DNA of 64,000 nt, from the sequence record MN342150. One strand, 5' to 3'. How positions within the stretch are numbered: position 1 is the stretch's first letter; the number at the start of each line of letters is the position of its first letter. The position numbers were made by a program, and so were the translations under genes. The notes below the pieces were generated by a model. The model had not been told where the DNA came from, made no database searches, and was given only the letters and a program-made list of their open reading frames with translations. The stretch is from Escherichia phage vB_EcoM_3HA11. Positions 38,054 to 47,779 of the stretch are shown piece after piece.

Positions 38054-38221
38054 TTACTTTTTCTTCAGCTCTTCCAGCTTGGCTTCAATTTGGTCCAGAA
38101 TCTCTTTACCTTTCTGGACGATGGCTTCACCGTCTTGCGCGTGTTTACGAAAAACCAGAGCGCCAGCAATGAAACCAACAACCACGCCTGGGAGCGCATA
38201 CACCAACAGATCTTGTAACAT
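38054..38221 (-). CDS. small membrane protein (about 55 aa; below ORF-track cutoff)
   Basis: ATG with GTGAGGA RBS; sequence MLQDLLVYALPGVVVGFIAGALVF then charged tail; coordinates hand-counted. Confidence 0.35.
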   Translation of the reverse strand: MLQDLLVYALPGVVVGFIAGALVFRKHAQDGEAIVQKGKEILDQIEAKLEELKKK

Positions 38222-38259
38222 GATTTATATCCTCACTTTTATAAGCAAGGATATTTATA

Positions 38260-39495
38260 TCATCGTTTCAACAAAGACATGAGGTTTACACTGGTCGACT
38301 TCGGATTGTCCTCTATCTTCCGGACGGGCATTTTCAGATTAGTGTAAACCTCAGATGGTTCCCAACGCGTACCCTGCTGCAGGTGCCATATATGTAGAGG
38401 AACACCCGTCTCAAAGAACACAGACATCTTCCACTTCTGGACGCCAGGAACGTGCCCTGCAGGAGCTTTTTCGCATAACAGGGTATCTGGTAGCCAGAGG
38501 GAACGGGCTTCCCATAATGCCTTACAGGAGTACTCAGGCCAGATGCGTTCCATGTAGTCGATCTCATCCCAAGTACGCTCGGCATCCCACCCGATGTAAC
38601 GAGTGTTTTTCAGACGGAAGAATTTCTTAAGCCAACAAGCACCGGAAGTCTCAAAGTTCAAACGATTGATGAACGTGATGTGACCAAACTCGGCGACACA
38701 ATCTTTGAATGCCTGTTCAAGATCAGCCTCAAGGATGTCGCATTCTTCATCGGTGATAGGACAGCCGTTGATCTTTTTCTTTCCGTGCTTGGTCACCCAG
38801 TCGTCACGGTTTGACAAGAATGCCGCGCCGTTACGGTTGGACTCACTACCATCACGGTCACGCAACATGAACCCAGGGACGTCGATCTGATACATGTTGC
38901 CGAATACCATGTTCAGGGCTTCCAGGAAGTTCCAGGCGCTCAGGCGACCGAAGTATTTCCACCCCATAGCCGTGTCCCATAGCTTAACGAATTGATCACT
39001 TTGCAGTTTAGTCTCCAACAACGGACGGAAAGCATCCATCTGAGTACGACCAGCCAGCCAATCAATGTAGGACTGAACACACGGGATCATCTTCGATTTG
39101 CGATAGCGGCAATCAGTATCGAATCGCATACGCTCGAAGTTCAGGTTATACCAATCACAGAATCGCTTGAACTCTTGTGGTGACTGAGGCGGTACAGGAA
39201 ACTCACTATAAATCGTCCATGGGCCAACCCCATTATAACAACAGCCCCAAAGGAACGCCATCCAGATCTTGCGCTCGATCTTCTCAAGCTGCGTAATGCC
39301 TTCAGTGACTTCAATCGCATAATCCATCAGACGAACTTGTTGGTTGTGTTCTTCCGTATACGACAGCGCCTCCACCCATGCTTTGAGCAGATACATCCGA
39401 TTCTCTGGCTTACGATAATCGATTGACAAATCAATTGGGTACTTCCATTCAGCCGGAGGCGTATAACCTGTCGGCATTTTAGATAGATGCGTCAT
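38260..39495 (-). CDS. hypothetical protein (411 aa); candidate DNA-modification enzyme by context
   Basis: Large Trp/Cys-rich ORF with no motif I can name; upstream in the same operon as the P-loop kinase. Confidence 0.4.
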   Translation of the reverse strand: MTHLSKMPTGYTPPAEWKYPIDLSIDYRKPENRMYLLKAWVEALSYTEEHNQQVRLMDYAIEVTEGITQLEKIERKIWMAFLWGCCYNGVGPWTIYSEFPVPPQSPQEFKRFCDWYNLNFERMRFDTDCRYRKSKMIPCVQSYIDWLAGRTQMDAFRPLLETKLQSDQFVKLWDTAMGWKYFGRLSAWNFLEALNMVFGNMYQIDVPGFMLRDRDGSESNRNGAAFLSNRDDWVTKHGKKKINGCPITDEECDILEADLEQAFKDCVAEFGHITFINRLNFETSGACWLKKFFRLKNTRYIGWDAERTWDEIDYMERIWPEYSCKALWEARSLWLPDTLLCEKAPAGHVPGVQKWKMSVFFETGVPLHIWHLQQGTRWEPSEVYTNLKMPVRKIEDNPKSTSVNLMSLLKR

Positions 39496-39853
39496 CCTTC
39501 ACCTCGGCTTCGAGTTGGATATCTTCAGGGTTTAAAACGGGCTGGCCCAAAGACCAAATTGGAAGGAACCGACGGTCATTGGATACTACCCAGATTTGCT
39601 TGGCGGTTTTCGTTTTTTCAGAAATATAATGCTGGGCATTAACCTGAGTCCGTGCCAGCCCAATTTGCCGCCATGCACCGAAATCTTTAGAAGATGGATT
39701 GGTGTTCAGCTGAAATTGTGGGACGATTTTATTCTGTTCCGGATAGTAACGGACAGCGTTAATCATCTTCGCATCACCACGGTAATCAATAGCAACAGCG
39801 ACAACGTTGCGTGGAATGAGGATTTTCATTTTAATTCCTTTTGAAACTTTCAA
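39479..39853 (-). CDS. hypothetical protein (124 aa)
   Basis: ORF in operon. Confidence 0.35.
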   Translation of the reverse strand: MKVSKGIKMKILIPRNVVAVAIDYRGDAKMINAVRYYPEQNKIVPQFQLNTNPSSKDFGAWRQIGLARTQVNAQHYISEKTKTAKQIWVVSNDRRFLPIWSLGQPVLNPEDIQLEAEVKDDASI

Positions 39854-40034
39854 TTATGTTGTAAACGAACGGCGTTAATAAAGCAACACCGCCCGAATAA
39901 TATAACGCGTAAACATTCAATATTTCGGTTGAGTCTAATTCAACGATGCCCAAATATTTCATAACACCGACAAGCATAGCTGAAAAGCACATCACCAGAC
40001 CGACGAACACAAAATATTTAGACATCTGTTTCAT
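39831..40034 (-). CDS. small membrane protein (67 aa)
   Basis: Two hydrophobic helices. Confidence 0.35.
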   Translation of the reverse strand: MKQMSKYFVFVGLVMCFSAMLVGVMKYLGIVELDSTEILNVYALYYSGGVALLTPFVYNIIESFKRN

Positions 40035-40036
40035 TT

Positions 40037-40951
40037 CTAACCCTTGCTCAACAGGCCGAGAAGGGACACGGATGAGGTCTTTGGTTCTTCCTTGGCGACG
40101 GCCTTGTTTTTAGTTTTGGATGCCTTCTGCGGCTTCTCAGGCACTCTGTGAGCCAAAGGATCCTGACCGCCGACTTCACGCGTCATCGGATTGGTTTCGC
40201 AATAGCCGTAGAAGTCTTTCGACATCAGATTGTTAGCGCGGCAAACTGTGCCAAGCTGATGATAGATAGCATTACCCACCACCCACAACGGGGCGTCGAA
40301 CGGCAACATAGCCAATTCGCTATCATTCCCAGTCTTGAATTCTTGGGTGTTCGTAGCCGTTTGGTGGTACAAAACGTCTTGCCCACTGTAATCATCCACG
40401 GCAACATTCCAGCCAAGCGCCAGCATTTCAGCCTTGGACTTCTCGAACTCCTTGGAGTAAGATTCGTTGCGCGACCAGCCGGAATCCCCCGCTTCTTTAC
40501 CAGAGCGTCCACGGATGCGGGCATCGTACTGATAGCGGTCTGGATATGCAAAGTACAGCAGCGCCAAAGAATCAATCGGATAGTTATTGAACATCCATTC
40601 AGGACGCCACTTGTCCGACAGCATCAGAGGTTCGCCCTCACACACCAGGGTATATCCCTGAGCCAGCCAACCCTTGACGAGGTCGCGAGCAATATCCCCA
40701 GAGCCTGTGGCCGCATGAATGGCGTCCATAGAGGTCCAAGACGCCAGGCCGGATTTATTGGACACTGTGTATTGGCCGACGAAGATTAACTTCAGCTCTT
40801 CAAATTTCAGGCCGAAGGGGCGCGTCTTATCCCCAACAGTGTACGACAATTCAGTCGGCTTCAGCTTAGTGCGGAGCCACTCGATGAACTGTACGACACG
40901 AGTGCCTTTACCCGTGCCGCTGGTTCCTTTGATTACAATGATCTTTGCCAT
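40037..40951 (-). CDS. P-loop kinase (candidate nucleotide/DNA-base kinase)
   Basis: 304 aa; N-terminal Walker A IVIKGTSGTGKGT; no match to T4 dNMP kinase gp1 as remembered. Confidence 0.45.
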   Translation of the reverse strand: MAKIIVIKGTSGTGKGTRVVQFIEWLRTKLKPTELSYTVGDKTRPFGLKFEELKLIFVGQYTVSNKSGLASWTSMDAIHAATGSGDIARDLVKGWLAQGYTLVCEGEPLMLSDKWRPEWMFNNYPIDSLALLYFAYPDRYQYDARIRGRSGKEAGDSGWSRNESYSKEFEKSKAEMLALGWNVAVDDYSGQDVLYHQTATNTQEFKTGNDSELAMLPFDAPLWVVGNAIYHQLGTVCRANNLMSKDFYGYCETNPMTREVGGQDPLAHRVPEKPQKASKTKNKAVAKEEPKTSSVSLLGLLSKG

Positions 40952-41256
40952 TATGCAGCATCCTCAATGCGCCAACTCACTCCACCCAACCAAGGTGCCC
41001 AAAACACGGCAACTTGCGGATGACCATTCTCAACAAACTTCACTTTATACTGGTCATCAAAGTTATAGAAAATTTCGTCGTCATCAGGTGCCATACCGTT
41101 TTCAATCAGAACTCGTTTTAATTCCAACGCTGCGCCAACGGAAGTTGGTGGATTCTGATTACGGATGAAGTTGTTTACATGGATAATGATACCATCCATA
41201 TCACTGTCACCGGAACGCTTGTCAGGGCTTTCTACAACTTTATTTTGTTCTTGCAC
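40951..41256 (-). CDS. hypothetical protein (101 aa)
   Basis: ORF in operon. Confidence 0.35.
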   Translation of the reverse strand: MQEQNKVVESPDKRSGDSDMDGIIIHVNNFIRNQNPPTSVGAALELKRVLIENGMAPDDDEIFYNFDDQYKVKFVENGHPQVAVFWAPWLGGVSWRIEDAA

Positions 41257-41265
41257 GATGTGCTC

Positions 41266-42048
41266 CTATCGGACATATTGATAATGAGAAACCAGGCGAT
41301 TCACCACTTCATCGAGGTTACGATTTAAGAAGTCAAAGTGGTTTTGGCCTTCTACATGCTTAATATAAAGCATATCCTCGCAATTCGAAAGATCCAGTTT
41401 TTCATAATTGCCCTGAGGGACGAAGATGACGAAGATGTTATTCAGGGCACACGGCTCAACATACTTCGGATTGTCGTCGATCAGGACATCGCCAGCAAGC
41501 AGATGCTTTTCATCCGTGCTCACGAACCCATTAATCAACGATTCAAAGTGATGGTATGTGAACTGACGCTTGCTGCGTTCGTGTTCCGGTTCGCATTTTG
41601 TAACTGCCACCATTTCCACTTGCTCAAACTTCTGAAGGAGAGCGGCCTTTAAATTCGTAAGGAATTCAACAGCCCCTGGCAGTGGTGACATTCTGGAATA
41701 CAGATCAGGCATACGCCACCAATCCATCGGATCACGTCCTGTTGGCGAATCCATCCACTGACCAGCAACGAATACACGGCGCGTTAACCAGGCCGGATGC
41801 GCGCGTTCACGCATGAGGATCGCCAGATCACCAGCGTGTGACATATAGCACTCTTTGGTGATTGGTTGAAATTCAGATGGGTAGTCGTGACATCCCATAT
41901 TTTCCGCAGCGGCTTTAGAATTAGAGATATTGAACCATTCAACCCACGGCGAAAGGGAATCAACCAGAGTCAAATCCACATCCACCAGAACGCGATATAA
42001 CCCGCCAATTTTAGAACATGCGTCATACAGACCAACGTGATTATTCAT
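41266..42048 (-). CDS. HAD-superfamily hydrolase/phosphatase-like protein
   Basis: Start moved to Met with GGAGA RBS (track ORF begins at 42108, which would overlap the upstream gene by 68 nt); HAD motif I VLVDVDLTL. Confidence 0.45.
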   Translation of the reverse strand: MNNHVGLYDACSKIGGLYRVLVDVDLTLVDSLSPWVEWFNISNSKAAAENMGCHDYPSEFQPITKECYMSHAGDLAILMRERAHPAWLTRRVFVAGQWMDSPTGRDPMDWWRMPDLYSRMSPLPGAVEFLTNLKAALLQKFEQVEMVAVTKCEPEHERSKRQFTYHHFESLINGFVSTDEKHLLAGDVLIDDNPKYVEPCALNNIFVIFVPQGNYEKLDLSNCEDMLYIKHVEGQNHFDFLNRNLDEVVNRLVSHYQYVR

Positions 42049-42385
42049 CAGATTTCTCCACTTGATCATAACCAGTTGCGGTGCATTGTTCTTCGGTGCA
42101 ATCAGCATACAGAACCACAGAAGATTCCTTCACGTAAGTGGTGCAGTGATAGGTTTCATCTTCCTGGATGGAATCATCATAATTGCAAACTGTTTGCAAC
42201 GGACCAGGAGTGGTGTTGTCCAAAGCTGCATGTGCCTTGATGGTGTCTTCCATCTTATTCACCGCTTGCTGATTGGTGAACGTCGGCGCATCGAGGTCAA
42301 CAGTAGACGCAACGTCCAGAAGGGTAGAGCATGCAGTGGTAGAGAAAGCCAGAGCACACACCAGAAGAATCTTATTGAGTTTCAT
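42041..42385 (-). CDS. secreted protein or lipoprotein (about 114 aa)
   Basis: Signal-peptide-like MKLNKILLVCALAFSTTAC with Cys after the hydrophobic core; TTCAATAA-N12-TATAAT motif upstream. Confidence 0.4.
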   Translation of the reverse strand: MKLNKILLVCALAFSTTACSTLLDVASTVDLDAPTFTNQQAVNKMEDTIKAHAALDNTTPGPLQTVCNYDDSIQEDETYHCTTYVKESSVVLYADCTEEQCTATGYDQVEKSDE

Positions 42386-42419
42386 AATAATACCTGTTGT
42401 CAAAGGGATAACAGGGGGA

Positions 42420-42445
42420 ATTATATCCCCCTTTGATTTATTGAA
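42420..42445 (-). promoter_or_regulatory. promoter-like motif TTCAATAA-N12-TATAAT (minus strand)
   Basis: Upstream of the secreted/lipoprotein gene. Confidence 0.35.
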
Positions 42446-45442
42446 TCAACCTTTCTTGCCCATCATGGACAACAGATTAACTCGACGTTTGTGAGACCAA
42501 CCAACCACATCCAAGATAGACTGAATTGGCTCTATGAAGGTCTTTTCAAACGTGGTGTGGTAATCTACCCACTTATCCAGCCCCAACTCCGGAGGGAGGA
42601 AGTCAGGGAAGGCTATGCGGTCGTTCCCCACAGGATTGCCAGGTTTCAGGTTGATGATTTTAACCTTATCACCGGATTCAATAGGCGGAAGACCGAGATC
42701 TTCGTGCTTATCGATCAGCTTGTTGTACATAATACAAGCCTTGGCAGCAAAGTGTGTACCGCTGATATAATTCCCGTTCGCGTCCAGCCACTTCTCAATA
42801 TCGCTTACACCAGATGCCTGAGCGATATCATCCACGGTGAGTTCCATATATTCCTTTTTGTATCCAGCGATTAATTCCTGAACTTCAGCCTCCGTCCCGA
42901 GCAGGACTTTCTCATAACATTTGACAAGACGCTCACGACACCATTCCGGCGTTGTAGACTTACGCGCTTCCAGACCTTTGAATTTTATCTTTGGCTTCTC
43001 ATACTTGATGCCTTCGCTATCGTATACTGCCATGCAATACATCTTCTTGGCTCGCCATACAGCAGACGATGCGATGACCTCACGTTCCCAGACCATGCGC
43101 TGCTCAAACCCGTTCATGGTATTACACAACAACTGCGCCCATTCACTGGTTTTTGGCTGGTAATTCTCTTTGATCCATTGGTCAATGTTATCAACGAGTT
43201 TGTGATGGTCCTTTTCTTCAGGCCACAATTGCTTGACCAGGCGTTCAATGCAAATGTAGTTGGAGTCAGTATCACCCGCGATAACAAAATCCTGACCAGT
43301 AGTGCCGCAAAGTTTGTTCAGATAATCATCGGTGTGGCGTTTGTTCCATTTGTTGATCAGCTGGCCGGAAGTGGTGATTGCTTCAGCGATGTTGATGTTG
43401 AAGTATTCTTTAAACCAGACGTTGGAGATTGCGCCATAACCTGCGTTCATCAAGATCTTCAGACCTTGTTGTAACGTATCTTGAGCAACCCCCAGATCTT
43501 CCCATTTGTGCATGACTTCAGTCAGGTGATCAAGATCGATATGCTTGTGTTCTTCATACCATTCAGGATCGTAGAAACGAGATTTCATGGCGGACTCAAG
43601 GTGGAAATCACCTTTAGACATTTCCTTACACCAACCAGCCCATTGCTCATACTTCAGGCCAGTTGCTTTCTCTCCTTTACGGTCAGCGTATATGCCTCGC
43701 ATAATTTCGGAAAGGAAGGACATCTTCTCATTACTGAAGAACTGAACGTTCGGGGTAAACGAAACGTTATATCGGCGTAATGTTTCAAAATGGAATTCGC
43801 CCAGCGCGACCAATTCATCAACAACTTGTATGCGTTCATCAATAGCACGCTGCAACTTGTCGTGAAGATTTTTGAGATGACGACGTTTATTCATCGGCGT
43901 TGTCATATCATTCATCGCTTTGGTCAATTCCTCACACATGGCCTCAATAATATCACGGCGTGTGTGCTTATCAGAAACGATAGTCTCTGGACCAAGGTTG
44001 TATTGCTGTATGATGTGGGGATACAGGGAGTTTAAGTCCTCAGAGAAGACCCAGAAATATATCCCTGGGGCAACCTCCATGACATATGCGCCTTCAAAAT
44101 CTGTTGGCCCATCATAGACGCGCTGGATTTTCGGGACAATCCCCTTCTCATAAAGACGATAATAACACATCGCCAGCCACGGCGCTACAGTGCCGAGACC
44201 GTCTTCATAGTTGGATTTAGTGCGATAAGCCAATACAAACATCAGCTGTATCAAACGCAGTTTTTGTTCTAAGCGCCACACCAGCTTGACGTCTTTGATA
44301 CCATATCGCGTATGCTTGCAATAATCATTGAAATAAAGGTCATACAATGATTTGCTTTCACTATAATCCAACTTCTTCTCACCGAGTTCACAATAAGCGA
44401 TCCAGTCCAGTGAGTATTTTTCGCGGGTGGTGTAAGTGTGTTTCTTGTACACTTGCATGTAGTCCATCATTGGACAACCCACAAACTGATAAGACGTGAC
44501 GTCGCCTTTACGGTCTTTGATGAAACGTTTCTTCAGTTTACCCCAAGGACTGAGACGTTGGGCTTCAGATTCACCAAGAACCTGCGTAATTCGTTCAACC
44601 AAATAGGGGCTATCGAACGTTTCAATGTTCCAACCAGTCCAACCGTCAAATTGACGTTCCGACCAGTAATCCAAGAAGGCGCGAAGCAGATCTTGTTCCG
44701 TCGTATATTCTTTATATTCAACCTCAAGACCGCCGACTTCTTCATCATTGGGGTCATATTTGAATTTATGGCGATCCTTGGAACACGGCATGCCCCAGAC
44801 ATAGAATTTATTGGTATTCATATCTTGGAGCTGTATCAGCGTAATAGGGAACGCCGCATTCATGTTCTGTGTGATTTTACCGTTACTGTCAATTATAGGG
44901 AATTGGTCAGTCACGTTGTTGGAAATAAAGGAACCAGGGAAATGCTCCCGAACGAAATCATGGTTGGCCAGTACTTGCTTATGGAAACGACGAACCCGCG
45001 CCTCGCTGCCTTTAAACGTGTGAGATTCAATCGTTGCGTGTGGGAATGGACCTTTAGTCATTTCTCCGTCACGCCAACCAGCCGAGAACACTTCGATATC
45101 CACGTTGGCGATGTGGATATTTGAATAATCAGGTGTGATCATCCCAGGAAAACTATGGGCGATGAATTGATATGCATAATCCGTTTGTCCATACACCGCA
45201 GCCCCTTCGACCTCCTTGTACTCCTCAAGATAGTTGTCAGCGTCGCGCATTGATGCAAACTTTTTAGACACCAACGGTTCGTTGAGGAGGCCAATCTTTT
45301 CAACTTTGGAATAATCAGCTGTGGGTAAATACAAGGTGGGTTCGAATTTCTTACGCAACATGCGGCGATTGCCGTTGTCGTCTGCGATACGAATCAGAAG
45401 GTCGTTACCCTGTCGGGCAACGTTCGTATAGAAAACAGTCAT
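42446..45442 (-). CDS. 43: family B DNA polymerase (T4 gp43 homolog)
   Basis: Exo I DIE, Pol motif A DLNSLYP, motif C YGDTDS; start moved to Met 35 of the track ORF (GGAGA RBS; MTVFYTNVARQGNDLLIRIADDNGN parallels gp43 N-terminus), giving about 998 aa. Confidence 0.9.
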   Translation of the reverse strand: MTVFYTNVARQGNDLLIRIADDNGNRRMLRKKFEPTLYLPTADYSKVEKIGLLNEPLVSKKFASMRDADNYLEEYKEVEGAAVYGQTDYAYQFIAHSFPGMITPDYSNIHIANVDIEVFSAGWRDGEMTKGPFPHATIESHTFKGSEARVRRFHKQVLANHDFVREHFPGSFISNNVTDQFPIIDSNGKITQNMNAAFPITLIQLQDMNTNKFYVWGMPCSKDRHKFKYDPNDEEVGGLEVEYKEYTTEQDLLRAFLDYWSERQFDGWTGWNIETFDSPYLVERITQVLGESEAQRLSPWGKLKKRFIKDRKGDVTSYQFVGCPMMDYMQVYKKHTYTTREKYSLDWIAYCELGEKKLDYSESKSLYDLYFNDYCKHTRYGIKDVKLVWRLEQKLRLIQLMFVLAYRTKSNYEDGLGTVAPWLAMCYYRLYEKGIVPKIQRVYDGPTDFEGAYVMEVAPGIYFWVFSEDLNSLYPHIIQQYNLGPETIVSDKHTRRDIIEAMCEELTKAMNDMTTPMNKRRHLKNLHDKLQRAIDERIQVVDELVALGEFHFETLRRYNVSFTPNVQFFSNEKMSFLSEIMRGIYADRKGEKATGLKYEQWAGWCKEMSKGDFHLESAMKSRFYDPEWYEEHKHIDLDHLTEVMHKWEDLGVAQDTLQQGLKILMNAGYGAISNVWFKEYFNINIAEAITTSGQLINKWNKRHTDDYLNKLCGTTGQDFVIAGDTDSNYICIERLVKQLWPEEKDHHKLVDNIDQWIKENYQPKTSEWAQLLCNTMNGFEQRMVWEREVIASSAVWRAKKMYCMAVYDSEGIKYEKPKIKFKGLEARKSTTPEWCRERLVKCYEKVLLGTEAEVQELIAGYKKEYMELTVDDIAQASGVSDIEKWLDANGNYISGTHFAAKACIMYNKLIDKHEDLGLPPIESGDKVKIINLKPGNPVGNDRIAFPDFLPPELGLDKWVDYHTTFEKTFIEPIQSILDVVGWSHKRRVNLLSMMGKKG

Positions 45443-45503
45443 TGTTTGTCTCCGGTTAACCGTGCCGTCAGCACGTCCCCGTAATTTAACCGAGGAACGT
45501 TCA

Positions 45504-46094
45504 ATGACCAAGGAGTTTAAAATGGCAATCCCCTTTGTGAGCATGATTCCAGGGGCGCTAAAGCAACTCTGGAATCTTGGGACTGATTTGGTGCAATATA
45601 AGCGGGAAATTGTTCAGGCTAAACACGATGTTAAACTGGAGGCAATAAAGTCTTCTTCAGAATGGGAACTTTCTAAGATTACCGAAGTCGGCGGATCTTG
45701 GAAAGATGAATTCTGGACAATCGTTTTGGCTGTTCCCGCTATCCTTGTTATGATCGCTCCGGTTGTGGAACTTCTAATGTTCCCCACCGAGTATCATAAA
45801 GGGGATTTCATCAAAGCAGTAATTGATGGTATGCAAGCCCTTGAAACAGCGCCTGATTGGTATACTGCTTCGCTATTGACAGCAATTAGTGCATCATTCG
45901 GTATCAAGGGGTACAACCATTACAAAAGCAATAGCCGGAAGGCGCAAGCTGTGGATGCTCTCAAACAGTTTGGGGTCAAAGTGGTTAACAAAGATCCCAC
46001 TGTTGTTACTCAGTCGGGTTCTCCCGATCTTGAGTCTGCTCCCCCAGCTGGGTCTACTGCGACCTCTGGTGCGTGGCCTGATCTGAAGAAATAA
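45504..46094 (+). CDS. membrane protein (about 196 aa)
   Basis: Divergent from DNA polymerase; GAGGA RBS (alternative ATG at 45522 with AAGGAG); central hydrophobic helix FWTIVLAVPAILVMIAPVV. Confidence 0.4.
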   Translation: MTKEFKMAIPFVSMIPGALKQLWNLGTDLVQYKREIVQAKHDVKLEAIKSSSEWELSKITEVGGSWKDEFWTIVLAVPAILVMIAPVVELLMFPTEYHKGDFIKAVIDGMQALETAPDWYTASLLTAISASFGIKGYNHYKSNSRKAQAVDALKQFGVKVVNKDPTVVTQSGSPDLESAPPAGSTATSGAWPDLKK

Positions 46095-46100
46095 GTTCAA

Positions 46101-46126
46101 GGGGAGGAAACTCCCCTTTCTTTTGG
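46101..46126 (+). terminator. rho-independent terminator
   Basis: Hairpin GGGGAG-gaaa-CTCCCC followed by TTTCTTTTGG. Confidence 0.5.
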
Positions 46127-46135
46127 TGTTAGGGA

Positions 46136-46348
46136 ATGAAAGTGGTAAACAAGAGATTGCTCGTCACCCAAGGCGGGGCGACGATAGTACGCGGACGGAT
46201 ATATGAACAAACCAAGCTGGGTGATCATAAGACTCGTCTGACGGTTAAAGCCCCCGACGGCGGTTGGCCAACAAAGGTGATTGTCCCAGACGGCCTCATA
46301 GAACGAGGGACGGCGACGTATAAGGGTGCAGAGTTCAAAATTTATTAA
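46136..46348 (+). CDS. hypothetical small protein (70 aa)
   Basis: ORF after a hairpin terminator. Confidence 0.35.
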   Translation: MKVVNKRLLVTQGGATIVRGRIYEQTKLGDHKTRLTVKAPDGGWPTKVIVPDGLIERGTATYKGAEFKIY

Positions 46349-46443
46349 AATATTTATTGAATAAAGTTTACTTCTTCAATAACTGGCGTATACTTCTAAT
46401 TGTAGTACGAACAAACAACAATCTGAAGAGAAGGAAATACATC

Positions 46444-47001
46444 ATGGCAATCGAAATTATCGCTCAATCAAAATCAGGCAAGACTGTAATGTACGGCACT
46501 GAAGAAGGCCGCTGCATCATCAACTACGGCACTATCACTGGCGAGTCTCCAGAGAAAGGTGGTCGCTATCTGGTTGAGTACGGATCACGCCTCCTGATGG
46601 TAAGCAAAGTCGATGGTCGTGAAATCATGATTCCTCGTAAAGAATACTTTGACTCACGCTCTGCCGCGATGACTTTCTTCCTCTTCCAGAAACGCCACGA
46701 ACTCTTCGTTGAAGCGAAAGACGCAGGTCTGGACGACGCGACGGCTGAGCTGATTGCCGAAGGTAAAATGACTCTCGAAGCTGCTCTGGGGGACATGGAT
46801 TGCGAAGCCGAAGCACATTATATTGAATATTCCGCATATCAGAACGAATGTGAAGATGATCCGGAAGACGACGGATTCGACCCTGACCTCCACGGCGGCG
46901 AAGACGATAACACCCCTTCCTTAGAAGTTCTGATGGCTGGCGGCCAGGCCGCTTGGGAATGGCAGAACGAGAAGAACGCCTGGCTGGATTCCCGTATCTA
47001 A
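46444..47001 (+). CDS. hypothetical protein with strongly acidic C-terminus (about 185 aa)
   Basis: ATG with AAGGAA RBS inside track ORF 46357..47001; C-terminal ECEDDPEDDGFDPDLHGGEDD. Confidence 0.45.
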   Translation: MAIEIIAQSKSGKTVMYGTEEGRCIINYGTITGESPEKGGRYLVEYGSRLLMVSKVDGREIMIPRKEYFDSRSAAMTFFLFQKRHELFVEAKDAGLDDATAELIAEGKMTLEAALGDMDCEAEAHYIEYSAYQNECEDDPEDDGFDPDLHGGEDDNTPSLEVLMAGGQAAWEWQNEKNAWLDSRI

Positions 47002-47008
47002 TTGACTG

Positions 47009-47030
47009 AAGCCCCTTCGGGGGCTTACTT
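47009..47030 (+). terminator. terminator-like hairpin
   Basis: AAGCCCC-ttcg-GGGGCTT followed by ACTTTG (weak T-run). Confidence 0.35.
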
Positions 47031-47049
47031 TGAACTGAAGGACTATATC

Positions 47050-47202
47050 ATGATTTTAATCTTATGGTTTGTATTCACATTTCTGGCCATGGCCGACATC
47101 GGCAAGTATCACGTTCTCCCAAGCGACCTGACCGTCCTGCTATACGGCATAGTTTCGTTTGTGCTGGGTTCCTTGCGCGCCCATATGAGGACTATATCAT
47201 GA
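47050..47202 (+). CDS. small membrane protein (about 50 aa)
   Basis: ATG with GAAGGA RBS inside ORF 47002..47202; hydrophobic MILILWFVFTFLAMA. Confidence 0.35.
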   Translation: MILILWFVFTFLAMADIGKYHVLPSDLTVLLYGIVSFVLGSLRAHMRTIS

Positions 47203-47396
47203 GCACCCCAAAAACTCCTGTCCGTATCGCTGTTGAGCCTCTGCTGGTTGATGCTGAGAATGCTGCTGAGCAGTACGCGAACAAAATCATCAAGAACATA
47301 ATGGACGATCTAGCATCCAACGGCTGGGACGTTGAGAAGTGCGCTCCGTGGCCATCTTCGGTTGGCGTCAAGTTTGGTGATCCAGTTTACAAATGA
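47199..47396 (+). CDS. hypothetical small protein (about 65 aa)
   Basis: ATGA overlap with previous gene; GAGGA RBS; leader sequence duplicated from the preceding gene. Confidence 0.4.
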   Translation: MSTPKTPVRIAVEPLLVDAENAAEQYANKIIKNIMDDLASNGWDVEKCAPWPSSVGVKFGDPVYK

Positions 47397-47489
47397 AAGA
47401 CTCATACTGCATCGCGGCGTTTCGACGTGCTTCCTTGACAAACAGAGCATGGCGTTCAGGATCAGCTTTGACAATATCCGGCTTCCCAG

Positions 47490-47744
47490 GTGTGTAAGAA
47501 GGATTCACTGCCTGGGTCAAAGAACGGTAGAGTGCGTGTTTTGATTTCATTCGTTGGTAATCTGGAAAACAAAATTGGTGGTCACAGCGCGGCTGTACTG
47601 AATGGTTCCCATGTATGGGGGTATTCAATCCTGACCGTGACTACACCAGAGGGGATCGAGCGCTGGAAGACTCAGACGATTATCAATGTGTCCAAGCTGG
47701 GCAAACTCTTTAACCAATATCCAACCAGGAAGGTGAAGGAGTAA
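47490..47744 (+). CDS. hypothetical small protein (84 aa)
   Basis: Plus-strand ORF ending before the hairpin at about 47757-47777; preferred over the overlapping minus ORF 47368..47628. Confidence 0.3.
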   Translation: MCKKDSLPGSKNGRVRVLISFVGNLENKIGGHSAAVLNGSHVWGYSILTVTTPEGIERWKTQTIINVSKLGKLFNQYPTRKVKE

Positions 47745-47756
47745 AATTAGAACAAC

Positions 47757-47777
47757 AAAGGGGCATTAAGCCCCTTT
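47757..47777. terminator. bidirectional terminator between convergent genes
   Basis: Hairpin AAAGGGGC-attaa-GCCCCTTT with T-rich flanks on both strands. Confidence 0.45.
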
Positions 47778-47779
47778 GT

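Noticed and set aside
38260-39495. Assigning the 411-aa protein as a thymidylate-synthase-like hydroxymethylase
   Set aside because: No thymidylate-synthase-type catalytic motif is visible; kept as an unassigned candidate modification enzyme.
42446-45544. An intein or N-terminal extension making the DNA polymerase 1032 aa
   Set aside because: The extra length comes from an upstream non-ATG start in the ORF track; the Met at 45442 has an RBS and aligns with the gp43 N-terminus, giving about 998 aa with no sign of an inserted intein block.
47368-47628. Minus-strand ORF of 86 aa
   Set aside because: It overlaps plus-strand ORF 47490..47744, which fits the surrounding plus-strand operon and ends at a terminator; the minus ORF lacks a clear RBS. 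Low certainty either way.
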